Origin: Callorhinchus milii
Lineage: Eukaryota
Direction of reading: 5' to 3'
NCBI RefSeq assembly: GCF_018977255.1
Contig: NW_024704765.1
Coordinates: forward strand, 9,300,001 to 9,364,000
DNA length: 64,000 nt
Shown: positions 49,301-62,503 of the stretch, piece after piece
How positions within the stretch are numbered: the first letter of the stretch is position 1
How the letters are laid out: each line of letters starts with the position of its first letter
Position numbers and translations under genes: made by a program
Notes under the pieces: model-generated
Told to the model about the DNA's origin: nothing
The model's database searches: none
What the model saw: the letters and a program-made list of their open reading frames with translations, nothing else

Positions 49301-52300
49301 TAGCGCCTTATCACGTCAGACGGACGTCTCAAAGCGCTTCCCATTGCTGTGAGACAGAGTGACTGCACTGCGTATTTGTAGGTAAATCTGTGTTGAGCAC
49401 AGCAGTGTCCCACAAACAACCATGAAACGAGTGACCAATTTTTTATTGGGGAGGTGGTGGGGGGGAGACTGTTGGCTGGGACACCGAGAGAGAGAAACCC
49501 CTTTCTCTCTCCCGAATAGCGCCCCACGAGATTGACAGCATCCCGAAGCTCTTCACAGGATTCGCTGCCGCGGGCACTGTTTTGACAGGACGACGGCAGA
49601 AGGACATCGCGTTAGAAACTCGGTGTTAAAAACGTGCGGTCGCGGATACATTACCGGACGCTTAACAGCGACTACGATGCCAGGAAAAGAGTCTGCGTGT
49701 TTTCTAGGAAGGGTTTCTTTCCCCCCCCCCCCCACACACACACAAATCCCTGGGGGGGGAAGAAAAAGATCAAACATTTTGTATTTCACCTCGAGGGAAA
49801 TGACACCCGAGCCCCTCGCCGGGTTGCTCGCAAGAATCTGGGCCAAAGGTTAATTTACCCCGAATGATTCCTCCAAAAATGTCCCGTGGAGTGCTTTGAG
49901 GCGTCTCAACGACGACATTCCCGGGTCCTCTTGCTTCTCGAGGCGAGCAACGCCAAGCCACCACGCTTACAAGTCTCTTTTAAGTGTCTTGAATTCGGTC
50001 TCTCTCTCTCTCTGTCTCTCTCTCTCAGAGCTCCCACTACTCCGGCCTGTCCACTCCGATCCGCGTGGTATTCCTACGGTTCCTGGCCTTCGTGAGCTGC
50101 GCCATGCTGTTGGCCCTGGCGCTGTGGGAGGGTCCGTTCGACCCACGCCCGCCCTCGGCCGAGACGAGAGCAGCAGCAGCCGTCGCCGCCGGGCCGAGCC
50201 CAGCTCCGCAACCGACCAACGGCGGCAACCGGACCGACCCGGGCCCCGACCTCGCTCGCAACGTCAGCCTCTGGCAAGAGCTGCTGAGCGCGCTGCCGGA
50301 GGACACTCTGGCCGGCCTGCGAGCCGCCTGGAGCTACGGCGAGGACCACCAGATGGCAATCGTCTCCACTGGCCTCTTCACCTGCCTGTTGGCCATCATC
50401 CTGGCCGGGCGTATAAGGTAGGCAGGCATCTNNNNNNNNNNNNNNNNNNNNNNNNNNNNNNNNNNNNNNNNNNNNNNNNNNNNNNNNNNNNNNNNNNNNN
50501 NNNNNNNNNNNNNNNNNNNNNNNNNNNNNNNNNNNNNNNNNNNNNNNNNNNNNNNNNNNNNNNNNNNNNNNNNNNTCATCCCTCGGGAGACGGTGGAAGC
50601 AGAAGGAGTCGATTGGTTCAAATACAAATTGGATCGATTTCTTTTAGAAAGTAATTCGTTGAGAGACAGTTTAGGAGCAATTTGAGAGTCTGTGGATATA
50701 TATATATATAGATAGAATCGTAGAATATTACAGCCAGAAGGAGGCCATTCGGCCCATCATGCCTGTGCTGGCTCTTTACAAGAGCTACCCAATCGGTCCC
50801 ACTCCCCATCTTTCCCCGTGCTCCTGCAAATAGTAAGTGTAGTAGGGCTTGGACGAACCAAACAACTTTGGATCCAAGGTTCCCAAGGCTTTCCCCTCTG
50901 CTCTAGACTAATCCATTCAGAATTCATCACCATCAACCTCTCCATTATTGTAGCAAGCGACGATCAGGATGGCAGAAGGCAATCTAGATGGACCTCGGTC
51001 TGTTTTTTTCATCCAGGATTTCCTACGTCCCTACTATCTTCAAGTAAAACTCCCGATAATCTCGTTCCAAGGGAAAAGGGCTCAGTTATCAGAAGGGGTG
51101 AGTTAGGGGCTGTATCAAGTGCAAGGAATATCATTACTCTTGACTTATTATTACACAGTCATTGTGCTGCGTCTGCAAGAAATGTGATGTGATTTGCTGA
51201 GGTTGGAGGTGTTGGTTTGCAAGGTAACAGTATCTACTGAGCTGCCCGGAGGCCTCACCGGCCTCTTGCTTTGGTGAGGTTGCAGGTGCTTGACAAGGCA
51301 AATCCGGGGCAGACACAGTGTCAGACGGGAAAATGTGATTCACCTGAGCAAATGTCTCGTTAAAAGTGAAGAGCAGAGGAAAGACGTGTCTGTTTAGGGA
51401 AAAGGGTTGGGGAGAGAGGGCGGAGAAGTTAAGAAGCCCTGAAGGTGATTAGGTACCACTCGCAGTGATTAAATGCATCTGACCTTTACGCACTCGCTCT
51501 TTGGAGCTTGCAAAATCAACAGCTGTGCTTTCGCCTTCCGTTGAGAGTCTCCAAAGAGCTTCGGCAGGGTAATAGGGTAGAGTGGAGTGACTGTGTGTTT
51601 TGCGGGCGAAACGCGGCAGCCACTGACCAAATTTTGTTTGAACGGAGGGATTATCACTCCCGGAAAGCCATCAACATTAACAACCGGGGTTCCTACTCAC
51701 CACCGGGCAAACAGAGGCGCGTGGAGTAAGGAAACTTACTGAGGTTTTGCCCGGGAATCGAAGCCGGGGAGTGGGGGGAGAGTTATCTCGCTCGAGAGAC
51801 GAGCGGGTTAACCGCCGGAACGCCCAACGACCCACGCTCTCTTTTCCTCCCCCTGAGCTCAGACTGCGGAGGATCGACTCGGTTTCGTCCCTCCTGTGGC
51901 TGTCGGTGATGGGTCTGCACCTGGCCGAGAGGTACCTGCAGAGCGGCCCGCCCGCCTGGCTGGACGCAGCGAAGCTCAGCGCCACGGCCCTGTGTTGCCT
52001 GGCGGGATTCGCGGCGTCGGTGGCGACACGGAAATCCACGGGCCAGAGGAGATGCCGGGCACGAAGGTCAGAACAGTGAAACGGTGGCGGACGCTGAACT
52101 CTCTCTCTGCGTGCGTGTGGTTGCGTGTGTGTGTGTGTGCGCGTGCGTGTGTTTCCTGTTCTGCCTCTCCCGCCATCCGTGCTTCTGTCCGTCCGTCCGT
52201 CCGATCGCCTCTTCCTTCGGGATCTTAAAGGGGCAGCGACATTAGTTGCGGACCTGGGCACGACCTCGAATTCCAGTTGTGTTCGAACCAAACCCATCTG

Positions 52301-55300
52301 CTTTAGTGCGTCTTTTGGGCTAGTTCTGTTTCCTTTCTCTCCCCCCCACTCCCTTCCCCCTCTCTGTTCCCCTTTTCCTCTCTGTTTCCACACCCCCCCC
52401 ACCCGCCCCACGCATGAAAGGAATCCCTAAAATCAAGCACTTGCAAGTTAAAATGTCGGTCACGTTCATTTTAATTTTTAGCCAAATAACAGATCTTCTA
52501 ACTTTAATGGCGTTTCATTTTAATTGACTTTATTTTGTGTGTGTGTGTATGTGGGGTGGGGGGAGGGGGGGGTGTCTTGTGTGTGTGCGCGCTTGTGTGT
52601 GGTGGTGGGGGGGGGATATATCTTGCACAGGGAGGAATAATTTATTATATGAAACGCCACAATTTTCAGCCCAGAAGGAAACCGTCCCAAAAACACATCA
52701 CGTCTGTGGCCAACACTGCAGAACGTGCTCTTAAGACGCTTGAACCCACTATTGTTAAACATCACTTCTCCCCTCTCAGATTCATTGATTAATTAGAAAT
52801 CTTGATTGATTAGAAAACAGGCGTGACTTGCCATTTCTTCTTCCCTCGAGCCAGCTGATACACGTGTTAACCTGCACCACCACAGCTTAGTTTAAAGTCT
52901 ATGTAACACTATTATAAAAAGCATATTTTCTCTTGTAAAAATATTTATTGCACGCGTGTGTGTGTGCGCGTGTGTGTGTGTGTGTGGGGGGAGGGCGGGG
53001 TGCCTGGCGGTGTCTTGTTCTCGAGAACCCCTTCCCTCCCTCCCTTCCTTACCTGCACCCCCTAACTTCGAAGCCTGTTGGAGAGCTTATTGGTGTCAAC
53101 GCACATACTTTATTGTGCTGTGTGCAGTAATCCACTGTCCGTCCACAATAAGATCTCTGGCTCTTTAGTGAAAGCTTTGGCTTCAGACTAGCGACTGGGT
53201 GAGGTGACGAAATCTCGAGGGGGTTTTGGTTTTGGCTGCGGCTTGCACCGCAAAATCTTTTTGACAACGTATTTTAAAAATGTCGCCAGCCTGCGATCTC
53301 AGCGCATGTAAAATCCTCCCAGAACCGTCCTGTCGCTGAGCCAGGGTGGGATTCTCGATGATCCCATCATCACTTCACCCATTGCTATCTCTTGAGTTCT
53401 TCGCTTTCTATCTGCAGATGACGCATTTCGTGAGAGATTTGTGTTCGCCTTCAGCTCTTCTGAATGCTGGAATATAATAATAATAACAATAAGCCTTGCA
53501 TTTGATCCAGCACTTTATCATGTTGAGACGTCTCAAAGCGCTTCACAGAATATACTGTGAAGTGAATTGACTGTATTTTGTAGGCGAAAAGAATATGAAC
53601 ATAAGAACATAAGAATTAGGAGCAGGAGTCGGCCATTCGGCCCCTCGAGCCTGTGCCCCACCATTCGATAAGATCACGGCTGATCTTCAGACCTAACTCT
53701 AATTACCCGCTCTCTCCCCATATCCCCTAATCCCTCAGTTTTTTAAAAATCTCTCAGTCTCAGCCTTGAAGATGTTGAAGGACTGACATCTACAGCCCTT
53801 CTGGGGGAGTGAATTCCATAAAGTCACTGCCCTCTGAGTGAAGAAATGTTTCCTCAACTCTGTTCTAAAAGGCTGACCCTTAATTTTCAGACTGTGACCC
53901 CTGGTTATAGATTCTCCCACCGGGGAAACAGACCCTCAGTGTTTATCCAGAAATATGATAATATTTCAAATTTAATCCCCTCCCTGCTCAAAAAAAAACC
54001 TCTATTATATCTCTTGTTTTTCCCTCCTCCCCCCACGCCCCCCCACCGCCAATTGGATTAGTTGAGTTCACGTTTAGAAATAATTGAAATGTGATTTATC
54101 TGGAGCACGTCACTTTATTGATACAGTGACGTTTAGTGTAGTCAATGTTTTAGAAAAGAAAGATGCATTAAAAGTAACTTGTGCCCCATCTTTCCTTTTT
54201 TTAAAAAGGACTTAATTCAGTATTTAATCCATAATGATATTATTATTGTTTAATCCACTATTTAGTCATACTGGAAGAATTCAGTATTTCCACTATTTAA
54301 TCACAATGGCAGAAATCAGTATTTCCAGATTCTTGTAACAGCGCCTACTTTTCATAGCACCGTAGAATCTTACAGCACAGAAGGAGGCCATTCGGCCCAT
54401 CGTGCCTGTACCGGCTCTTTGAAAAAAATAGTCCCACTCCCCCGCTCTTACTCCATAGCCCTGCAATTACTTCCTTTGCAAGTACCTGTCCGATTCCCTT
54501 TTGAAACCTACTATCGAGTCGGCTTTTCGTGTCCATTTTTGTCCGGGAAGTTTAATATCCGTGTGTTTCATTTCTTTCCTTTTGATCCTAAAATATTTTC
54601 CTTTTTTTTAAAAAAATGATGAATCCTGTTTAAATTTATCGCCTTCTGCTTGAACCCCCCCACACACCCCCGCCCCCCCCCCCCCCCACACACGCATACA
54701 AAACTCAGCATTCAAAAGGGTGTGTTTTAGTTTTTTTTCCTGCTTTCTCTCTCACCTCTTGTGATTTTGTTTTTATATAATCTGTTTGACAAATGTTTTG
54801 CTAAAGTTTGCTAAAATCATTTCAAAAGTGCCACTGTCGTTTATTTCCCCCTGTCTCTTCCCCTCCCCTTCCCCTTCGAAAACCTTTTATTCTGTCTCTT
54901 TTTTGTGCCTTTTTTTTAAAACTATACGATAACCAAAAAAAAACATGCACTCGCTTTGCTTTGACTTAATTTTTTTCACTCCACTGAAATCTATTCACCC
55001 GCCCAGTAGGTGAAAGCTGTATGGTGTGCAGTGCAAGTGAAGTTCATTGTAGGTTTATATGTAGCAGCGCATTTTTTAAATAAACTCTTTATCTACAATC
55101 AACTAAAGAATATCATTCGCTTATGTACCCAGCATGACATTTATTTCACAAGTCGAATCTCACGGAGAGAAACCCACGGAGCCTTGACATGAATCAGTCC
55201 TTCCTTCCTGTGTTAACGATGGCGAAAACTACCGTGTTTTACACTGGAAAACACTCCCAAGTCCGCTTTTGTGTCAAAAAGTGCTTCGCGGTGATCACTG

Positions 55301-58300
55301 TCGTGCCTAGTGACTGTGTTTTGGTGGTGGGGGGGTAGGTAGGTTGGTGTGGCAGCGATTTTTCACACAGCAATGTGCAACAAACACAACAAAGCTTTTT
55401 ATTTCCCCGCAACCTCCTTGCTCTTCCACCTAAACTGTTTGAGACGAGCTGTTATGGCTGTAGGGGATATAAGGATGACAGCAGCATTAGCAACCTGTTT
55501 GGACGTGTGGAGACTGGGTTGAATCCATTGGCTGTTTGTTCACTCTCGCGCTCTCTGAGCCTCTTGTTTTCCCCCTCACACCCCCCCCCCCACCCCGAGT
55601 GATATGGTAGGTCGTGGCCTGAGATTTCCCCTGTATTGAGTTCTATGGAGACGTGTTCTAGGATAAAGAGGATAAATTGCAAAGCAATTCCTGCACTCAG
55701 TCGGCACGTGGGGGTGAAGGGAAAGATAGCGGCAGTCGTGCTTGTACAGCCACACGATGAGGATTGTCTCCCATCAGGACATCATAATAATAATGATAAT
55801 AATAATAATAATCCTCGCATTTGATATGGCGCCTCATCACGTCTTCGAGACGTCTCAAAGCGCTTCACAGACTACACTGCAAAGTGAATTGACTGTACTT
55901 TGTGGGCAACACGCGGCAGCCAATTGCGCACAGCAGCGTTCCCTCACAAACAGTCGTGGGTTCAGTGGCCATATTATTATTATTTTTTTCGAAGGAATTA
56001 TTGTCCCTGGAAAAGCCATCCGCCCAATGAGCTGACAACCGGGTTCCTACTTACTGCCGGGTAAACTTCATAGCACATCCATCCCCAGCATCGCACACAC
56101 ACACACGCATTTTTTAAAAAAATTCTTTTCGACCGCGTTTTAGATGTTTTGCTTTATACATTCTCAATCCCGTAAATTGTGGCAGTTCGCAAGTTCAAAT
56201 GCAGGAGGCGTTTTAACCGTTTTTATATAAAAATGTCTTTCACCTTTTTAAAAATTAAAAGGAACAACTCTCGAAGCACTTAGTGGAATGAAATTATCTG
56301 CAAGTGGAAGTGAACCAAAGGCAGCAACTAACTAACTAAACAGCAGCCAGACAAGCGATCTTCTAACGATGTGCTTCCGCTGGAGAATTTTTCATCCTCC
56401 TCCCTCCATAAGGCTGACCCCTTGTGTGGTTCCTTTCAGTTAAAGGGGACCCAGTGCTGCTGGCAAGCCAAGTGGGGAGAAGAGACGTTGAAGGAAAGAA
56501 GTTGACCAAAGGTTTTTTGACGGCGGAGAAAGTAGAGTTAGTTTGAAGAGAAGGCAGTGTTGGAAGAGCGTTCTCTTTGACTGACGTGCTTGGCTTCGTT
56601 GGCGGAGGATTGAGGTCTGAGGAGACTCGGAATAGGAAGAGAGGAGGGAGCAGGACTGTAAGGCTGGAGGAGATGGCAGTGTTAGGGACAGGGCACTAAC
56701 ACAGGGAATTGACCCAGACATGGGANGGGGGGCGCGGATAATGAGTTGTGAAGTCTTCTCTCTCTCGCTCTCCTGTTTTTTTGTCTGTCTCTTTCACGAC
56801 ATGTGAAAGCTTGGAGGATCAAGCCCTACATCAGAAGCTTCCCTGTGTGAAGGTCGCTGTGTAATTGCAAGTAGTTGTTGAGCTCACGGGTCGCTGCAGG
56901 CTGACGTAGCAATCTAATGTCCCATTAACAATAATCCTCGCATTTGATATAGCGCCTTATATCACGTCTTTGAGACGTCTCAAAGCGCTTCCCAGAATAT
57001 ACTGTAAAGTGAATTGACTGTACATTTTGTGGGCGAAACGCGGCAGCCAATTGCGCACAGCAGCGTCCCCGCAAACAGCAGTGGAATTGAGTGACCAAAT
57101 TATTATTTTTTTTAAAAGATTATTATCCCCGGAAAAGCGATCCGCCAAGCGATGAACAACTGAGTTCCTACTTGCTGCTAGGTAAACGGAGGCGTGTGTG
57201 CTCGTGGAATAAGGAATTTGGCCAATGTTTCGCCCGGCAGGGAATCGAACCCAGGGGTCCTCTCGCTTGTGAGGCGAGGACTCGGAATTGTTGGAAGTGT
57301 CTCGTTGTGGATGAGGCGTTTAAACTTAGGTCCCACCTGTGTGTCTTCGGGTGGATGTCGAAGATCACACGACAATATTCCAACGCATAAAAGACAACTC
57401 GCAATCTCCATTGTTAGCTCGAGAATCGTGACTATGGATGACGCAAATTACTACTGTGTTTGCTTACAAAAACACTTGACATTAATTACCTGGGAGCTTT
57501 GATTTGAGGTGATTCAACGAGATAAGGCTATAAGAACACACCCGTCTTCCTCACTCTTTCTGAGCTGGCTCTAAAGTGTTTCCAGTCAGAAGGCAGCTCT
57601 GTATTCTGACGGCACGTGTCATAACGTTCTTTCAATTAGTCTCCGCTAGTCAGTTGCAGGCAAAAACACTACAGTAATGGTGATTTCCCACTGGTGTTGC
57701 CTTTCACTTCTCGGCTGTTTGTGGGACGTTTTAAAAAAAAAGAAAATCCTCTGAAGCGCTTTGAGATGTGCGAGCCTCGGTGCCGTTGAAATCTTCACCA
57801 GATCGAGCACAGATGGGACCTCGGTTTAAGGTCTCATTCGAAGCTTCAGAGCAGAGCAGGAGGCAGGAACTGAAGAGAGCACATGTCCAAGGGAATTGAG
57901 AGCAATTGATAACCACACACAGTGTGCGTGTGTGTGTGAGTGTATGTGTGGCATTTCACACTGAAAGATAGATGATTGAGGGACTGCTTTCAGAAACCGT
58001 ACAACTGATGTGATATATACAGTAGTCAGGTTACGGTTTGGGAATGTTATGGTTTGGGCTTGATGTATAGGGAACCAGTATCTTACAGAAATCGTCTTAC
58101 ACATCGACCGAGTCAGTGCATTAATACCAGGGAATAAAAATTACGCTTTGAAATTAGTTGTAAAAGGTTAGATGGAGGAGGGAAAAAAATCTTTGCCTCG
58201 CTGACCTTTTTGGGAGACCTTCTGGGTCAGTGTCGCGAGTGAATATCCCGAAAGAATATAAAAAAAATCAGAGATCTGCCGAGAGTAGAGACATCTGGTT

Positions 58301-61300
58301 GGTAAATTACATACAAGTAAATCTTGCGTAAACCTGATCGTATAATCGCCAAAGTCGTACTTCTGCCCAAGTCCCGTTTAAGAGTTTATATTCTGTGCAA
58401 GTTTGACATAACTCAAGCTTTGCATAAGTCATGTTAAACGATACGACTTCTGCGAGTGAGGTTTACTGTGCTTTCAGCTCCAGCACTGCACAGTCTGTGT
58501 GTGTGTGTGTGTGAAAGAGAGAGAGAGAAAGTAGAGGTTTAATCTTGTAAGAGTCACACTCTTGTCTGACTTGCACACACAATGCCTCTTGTTATTCTGT
58601 CTGAGGTTTAGAATCGTTAACGACTTGAACGACCGACTGACTTGGTGGGTTTAAGAGGAGGACAGATGTACTTGTCACCACACGGTGGCAACACTGCACC
58701 TGAGACCATCAGATGAACCGTCGCTGAGTTTAAAAAAAAATAATAATCTTTGCATCTGGTGCAGCTCCTTGTAACATCGTCGGCAAAGCGCTTCCTAGGA
58801 TTTTGCCGTGTAGTGACTGTGTATTTTGCAGGCGAACACGGCAGCCGGTGCCCTCCTAATGCAATGACGGAGGGGGTGCTGTGTTGAGGGAGGTCGTGTT
58901 TCAGTACGGTCCCGGGGTTATGGAAATACCAGTTGTTTGTTTCTTCTCACCGCTGTTCTTGTTCCGCGAGCCTTGCCCCTTCCTTTCCCTTCAGCACCTC
59001 GAGACGTCCTTCCCACGCGGCGAAAGGCGCTGCATTAAATGTCATGTGTTGTTGTTTCTGTTCGTGAAGAGTGTGGTGTTCAGGGATGTGGTTCCTGGAC
59101 AAGTGAGCGAGCTGCTGGTAATCACGTTGTGAGATCGGGATGCGACGATGAGTGGCCAAAAAAAGTTTTTTTTTTTTGAGAAGTCCTGGAAACTGATCAT
59201 TTGTGTGTGAGTTCGGAGCAATTCACTGAGCAGAGTGCACACTAGTCATCTTGTTGGAGAGCAGCGTGTTAGCGGCTGGATCTATTGTGCATAGTTTTCC
59301 GGTTTACTTGCCGTTTCTGTCACGAATGCGCTCCAGGATTATCCGGTCTCTTTTGGTAACGCTGTCATGAATTGTGCCTGGAAGACACAAGCCATTGAGT
59401 CTGTCGCTGCTGTTGCTGTTGTCAACAGTGTTGTATGAAATCTGCTTTAGGCATCATGGAAACTTGAAACACTTTGACTTTTCGTGTGGGTGTTTGTGTC
59501 AAATGGCAAGTCAGATAGGGTTGTATGATTCAACCCCAGTGGGTTACATAATAAATAAATAAATAATCCTTGCATTTGTTATAGAGTCTTATCGGGTCGT
59601 TGAGACGTCTCAAAGCGCTTCACGGGATATATTGTAAAGTGGATTGACTGTATATTTTGTGGGCGAAACACAGCAGCCAATTGCACACAGCACACAGTGT
59701 CCCCCAAACAGTAGTAGATTGATTTCTGTATATAATAATAATCCTTGTATTTGGAACAGCGCCTTATACCATATCATTGAAGTGTCACAGAGCAGTTTGC
59801 AGAATGTACTGTTAATTCCAATGACTGTGTATTTAGCGGTGGTTAAGACATGGTATAATATAAATCCCTCCTCTCTCCATTCCCCCCCATCGACCCAAAA
59901 GACATCTGGTGAAAGGCGTAGTATAAATCTTAAGTTGCTTTACGATTGGCGTGTTGTTTCTATAAGACCTGAAAAACAGGTGCTCCTCATCAATGATCAG
60001 ACATCTCGTTCAAGGCCTTGATTCACTGAGAAAAGTAGTTGGGCGCCAGGTTTCCAATGGGGGAGAGTGGGGGAAGATCCTTCCGTGCTTAGAGGTTGGA
60101 CCTGCACTGACACGATGGGGGCGGGAGAGCAGGGAAGGGGATTGGAGTAGAGAGCTCCAGTGGAGGGAGCGAGCACCAGTACAGACAGGATGCGCTGGTC
60201 TGAATGGTTTTGTTATTGTGACATTAACTTTCCGAATGAGTGCGACAGAGGCCGAGAATATTGCCAGTTACAGTCCTCGCTGTTCATGTTGTTCTTTTAT
60301 TAACTTTCCGAATGAGTACGACAGAGGCCGAGAATATTGCCAGTTACAGTCCTCGCTGTTCATGTTGTTCTTTTATGGTAATAATATCACTGCTTTCTCC
60401 CCTATTCTCTTTCCCCCCCCCCCCCTCCACCGCCAACACACACAGTTTGCACCAAAACTCATTCACCGTTTTATAGACATTAAAACACGTCATCAGCGAG
60501 TTCGGAAAATCTGAAGGGACGATTGATTCATCTGAGAGGAGGCGTCTTATCTAATGTGGTTTGAGTGGTTTGCAGTTTCTCCAATGTGTGTGTGAAAGGC
60601 ACGGGACCGTTTCATGTTTGCCTCCGCCCGCCTCAGTCTGTACAGTTACAGTAAGCAAGTGAGCCATAGTCTGAGTGTGTGTCAGAAAGACAGAGAGAGA
60701 GAGAGACACACCAGCCATCGCTGCTCTCTGTGGGTGGGAGCTAATGGCTCCTGTTGTGGTGGTCGCCGAGAGGTGGGGGGGAAATTGCCAAGACCGAGCA
60801 ATGAGGGGGGTTCATGTCGGGTGGGGGGGAGGGAGAGTCCACGGCTGTTTGTGAGACATTGCTGTGCATAATTGGCTTCTCCCCTGCAAAATACACTTGT
60901 CAATCCACTTAACAGTATATTCTGTGAAGCGCTTTGAGACGTCTCAACGACGTGATGAGACGCTAAATCGAATGCAAGGATTATCATTATTATTACTGCA
61001 CTTTGCTGCGAGCGGTGGGGCGTGGAGGGAGAAGGAGGGGAGTAGTATCTCCTTACTCACCTGGTCAAAACCCCACTTGCTGCACCAGTAATTCTCCAGC
61101 TCTTTGCACAGAAATCACCCCTGCATATGTCACAGTGCCTTCTGAGTCAGGAGGACGTCTCACAGGATTGACTGTACGTACGGTGGAGTGTAGTGGCTGC
61201 GAATTTTGTGGGTGAAGGTAGCATCCGGCTTACGCACAGCAACTTCCCGTAAAACAGCCGTGAAGTGAATGGCTAATTCGATCCAAGCGCAGGATCCACC

Positions 61301-61957
61301 GCAAGAACCGTTCGTAAGACTACAACAGTGCAACCCCCTCCCCCCCCACCCACCCAGCACTTTTGCAAACAAACCCTTGACTGTCCAGCACCTTGGGACA
61401 TCCTCCCGCTGTGAAAGGTGCTGTGTGTATATATATATATATATTATATATAATATGTGCCATTTGTTGTTGCTGTTGTCAGCCTTGAACCGCAAACTCA
61501 AAGTTCCGATGTGGGGCTTGAGCCCACAACCTTCTTCCTCGGAAGGCGAGAGCGTTATGGTATCGGTTTGAGCCCGGTACCCGCTCGTACGCCAGCCTTT
61601 ACAACGCTGAAGAGCTTCGAGGCCGACGGGTTAAGGCTGTACGGAATGCCAAGCTTATTAAGATCATCATTACCAGGACGATGATTAATCGGACTAATCG
61701 GCCGGTGGTCTTAGCTCGGCTCTCTGTGTCTTTCAGGTACTTGTCGGGCGAATCCGTGAACGCCTTCTACAGCAGCGGAACCCTGACGTCCTGCGCTCCA
61801 GCGACTGCCCCCTCGTCCCTCCCGATCCCACCCAGCATCGCCCAGCTAGCCAGGCAGCAGCTGTGCAGGACCACCAGACGCAACTCGCCCTCCTCCCTGC
61901 CTGGCCGTCTCAGCCGAGCCCTGTCGCTGGGAACCGTCCCGTCTCTCACCAGAGCAG
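39602..61957 (+). CDS. TMEM201: TMEM201/Samp1 inner nuclear membrane protein (continues beyond the right edge)
   Basis: Exons are 39602-39720, 46352-46472 ([39 protein letters not shown]), 47044-47238 ([18 protein letters not shown]...CKKCN), 48900-49076 ([16 protein letters not shown]), 50029-50417, 51863-52066 and 61737-61957 (...[24 protein letters not shown]). It has Ima1-type CxxC motifs and TM helices, and phases are consistent. Confidence 0.96.
39730..40245. repeat. C-rich low-complexity tract in TMEM201 intron 1
   Basis: About 500 bp of cccccactccct-like degenerate repeats, followed by (TG)n and purine-rich tracts. Confidence 0.9.
53595..53945 (-). mobile_element. CR1 LINE 3' fragment
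   Basis: Translation [35 protein letters not shown] is the CR1 ORF2 end. The CR1 3'UTR (ggctcgaggggccgaatggcc) ends in ttcttatg repeats. Confidence 0.9.
56930..57285 (-). mobile_element. tRNA/Deu SINE, longer subfamily
   Basis: Reverse complement of the head (cctcgcctcacaagcgagagga...ggttcgattccc), the extra internal segment, the Deu-like core and the tail. Confidence 0.85.
60072..60833 (+). repeat. About 760-bp duplicated segment, copy 2 (with internal tandem duplication of about 75 bp)
   Basis: Near-identical to 29068-29762. The unit ttaactttccgaatgag...gttcttttat occurs twice at about 60224-60375. Confidence 0.9.
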
Positions 61958-62117
61958 GTCAGTCAGTCGGTTGGTCGGTCGGTCAGTCTCCGTTCGGACG
62001 TTCGTTCGTTGGGGAGCAAAGGAAATTGAAGGGATTCCACCTTTTGTTTGCTCTGGCAACTGGAGGGACTTCCAGCCGCGCATCCCGTGTCTGTGCCGCT
62101 GCTGGTTTTTCCGAGTG

Positions 62118-62503
62118 GGGTCCCCGTAGTGTCGTGGTTAAGAGCGCTCGCCTCGCAAGCGAGAGGACCCACCCCGGGGGTTCGATTCCGGGCAGGACAG
62201 GGCGAGACCTTCGGCAAGTTTCCTTACTCCACACGCCTCCGTTTACCCAGCGGTCAGTAGGAACCTGGTTGTTCGTTCAGTCGACTGATGGATCGCTTTT
62301 CCGGGGGTAATAATCGCTTGAAACAAAATCGGTCGCTCAAGCCGTGACTGTTTTGTAGGGACGCTGCCGTGCGCAATCGCCCACCGCATTTCGCCCACAA
62401 GACACACGGTCACTCTACTTTGCAGTATATTCTGCGCAGCACTTTGAGACGTCTCGACAAAGTGCTATATCAACTGCAAGGATTATTATTACATTATTAT
62501 TAT
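62118..62503 (+). mobile_element. tRNA/Deu SINE, longer subfamily
   Basis: tRNA head (gtggttaagagcgctcgcctcgcaag...ggttcgattcc), internal segment, core and (tta)n tail. Confidence 0.85.
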
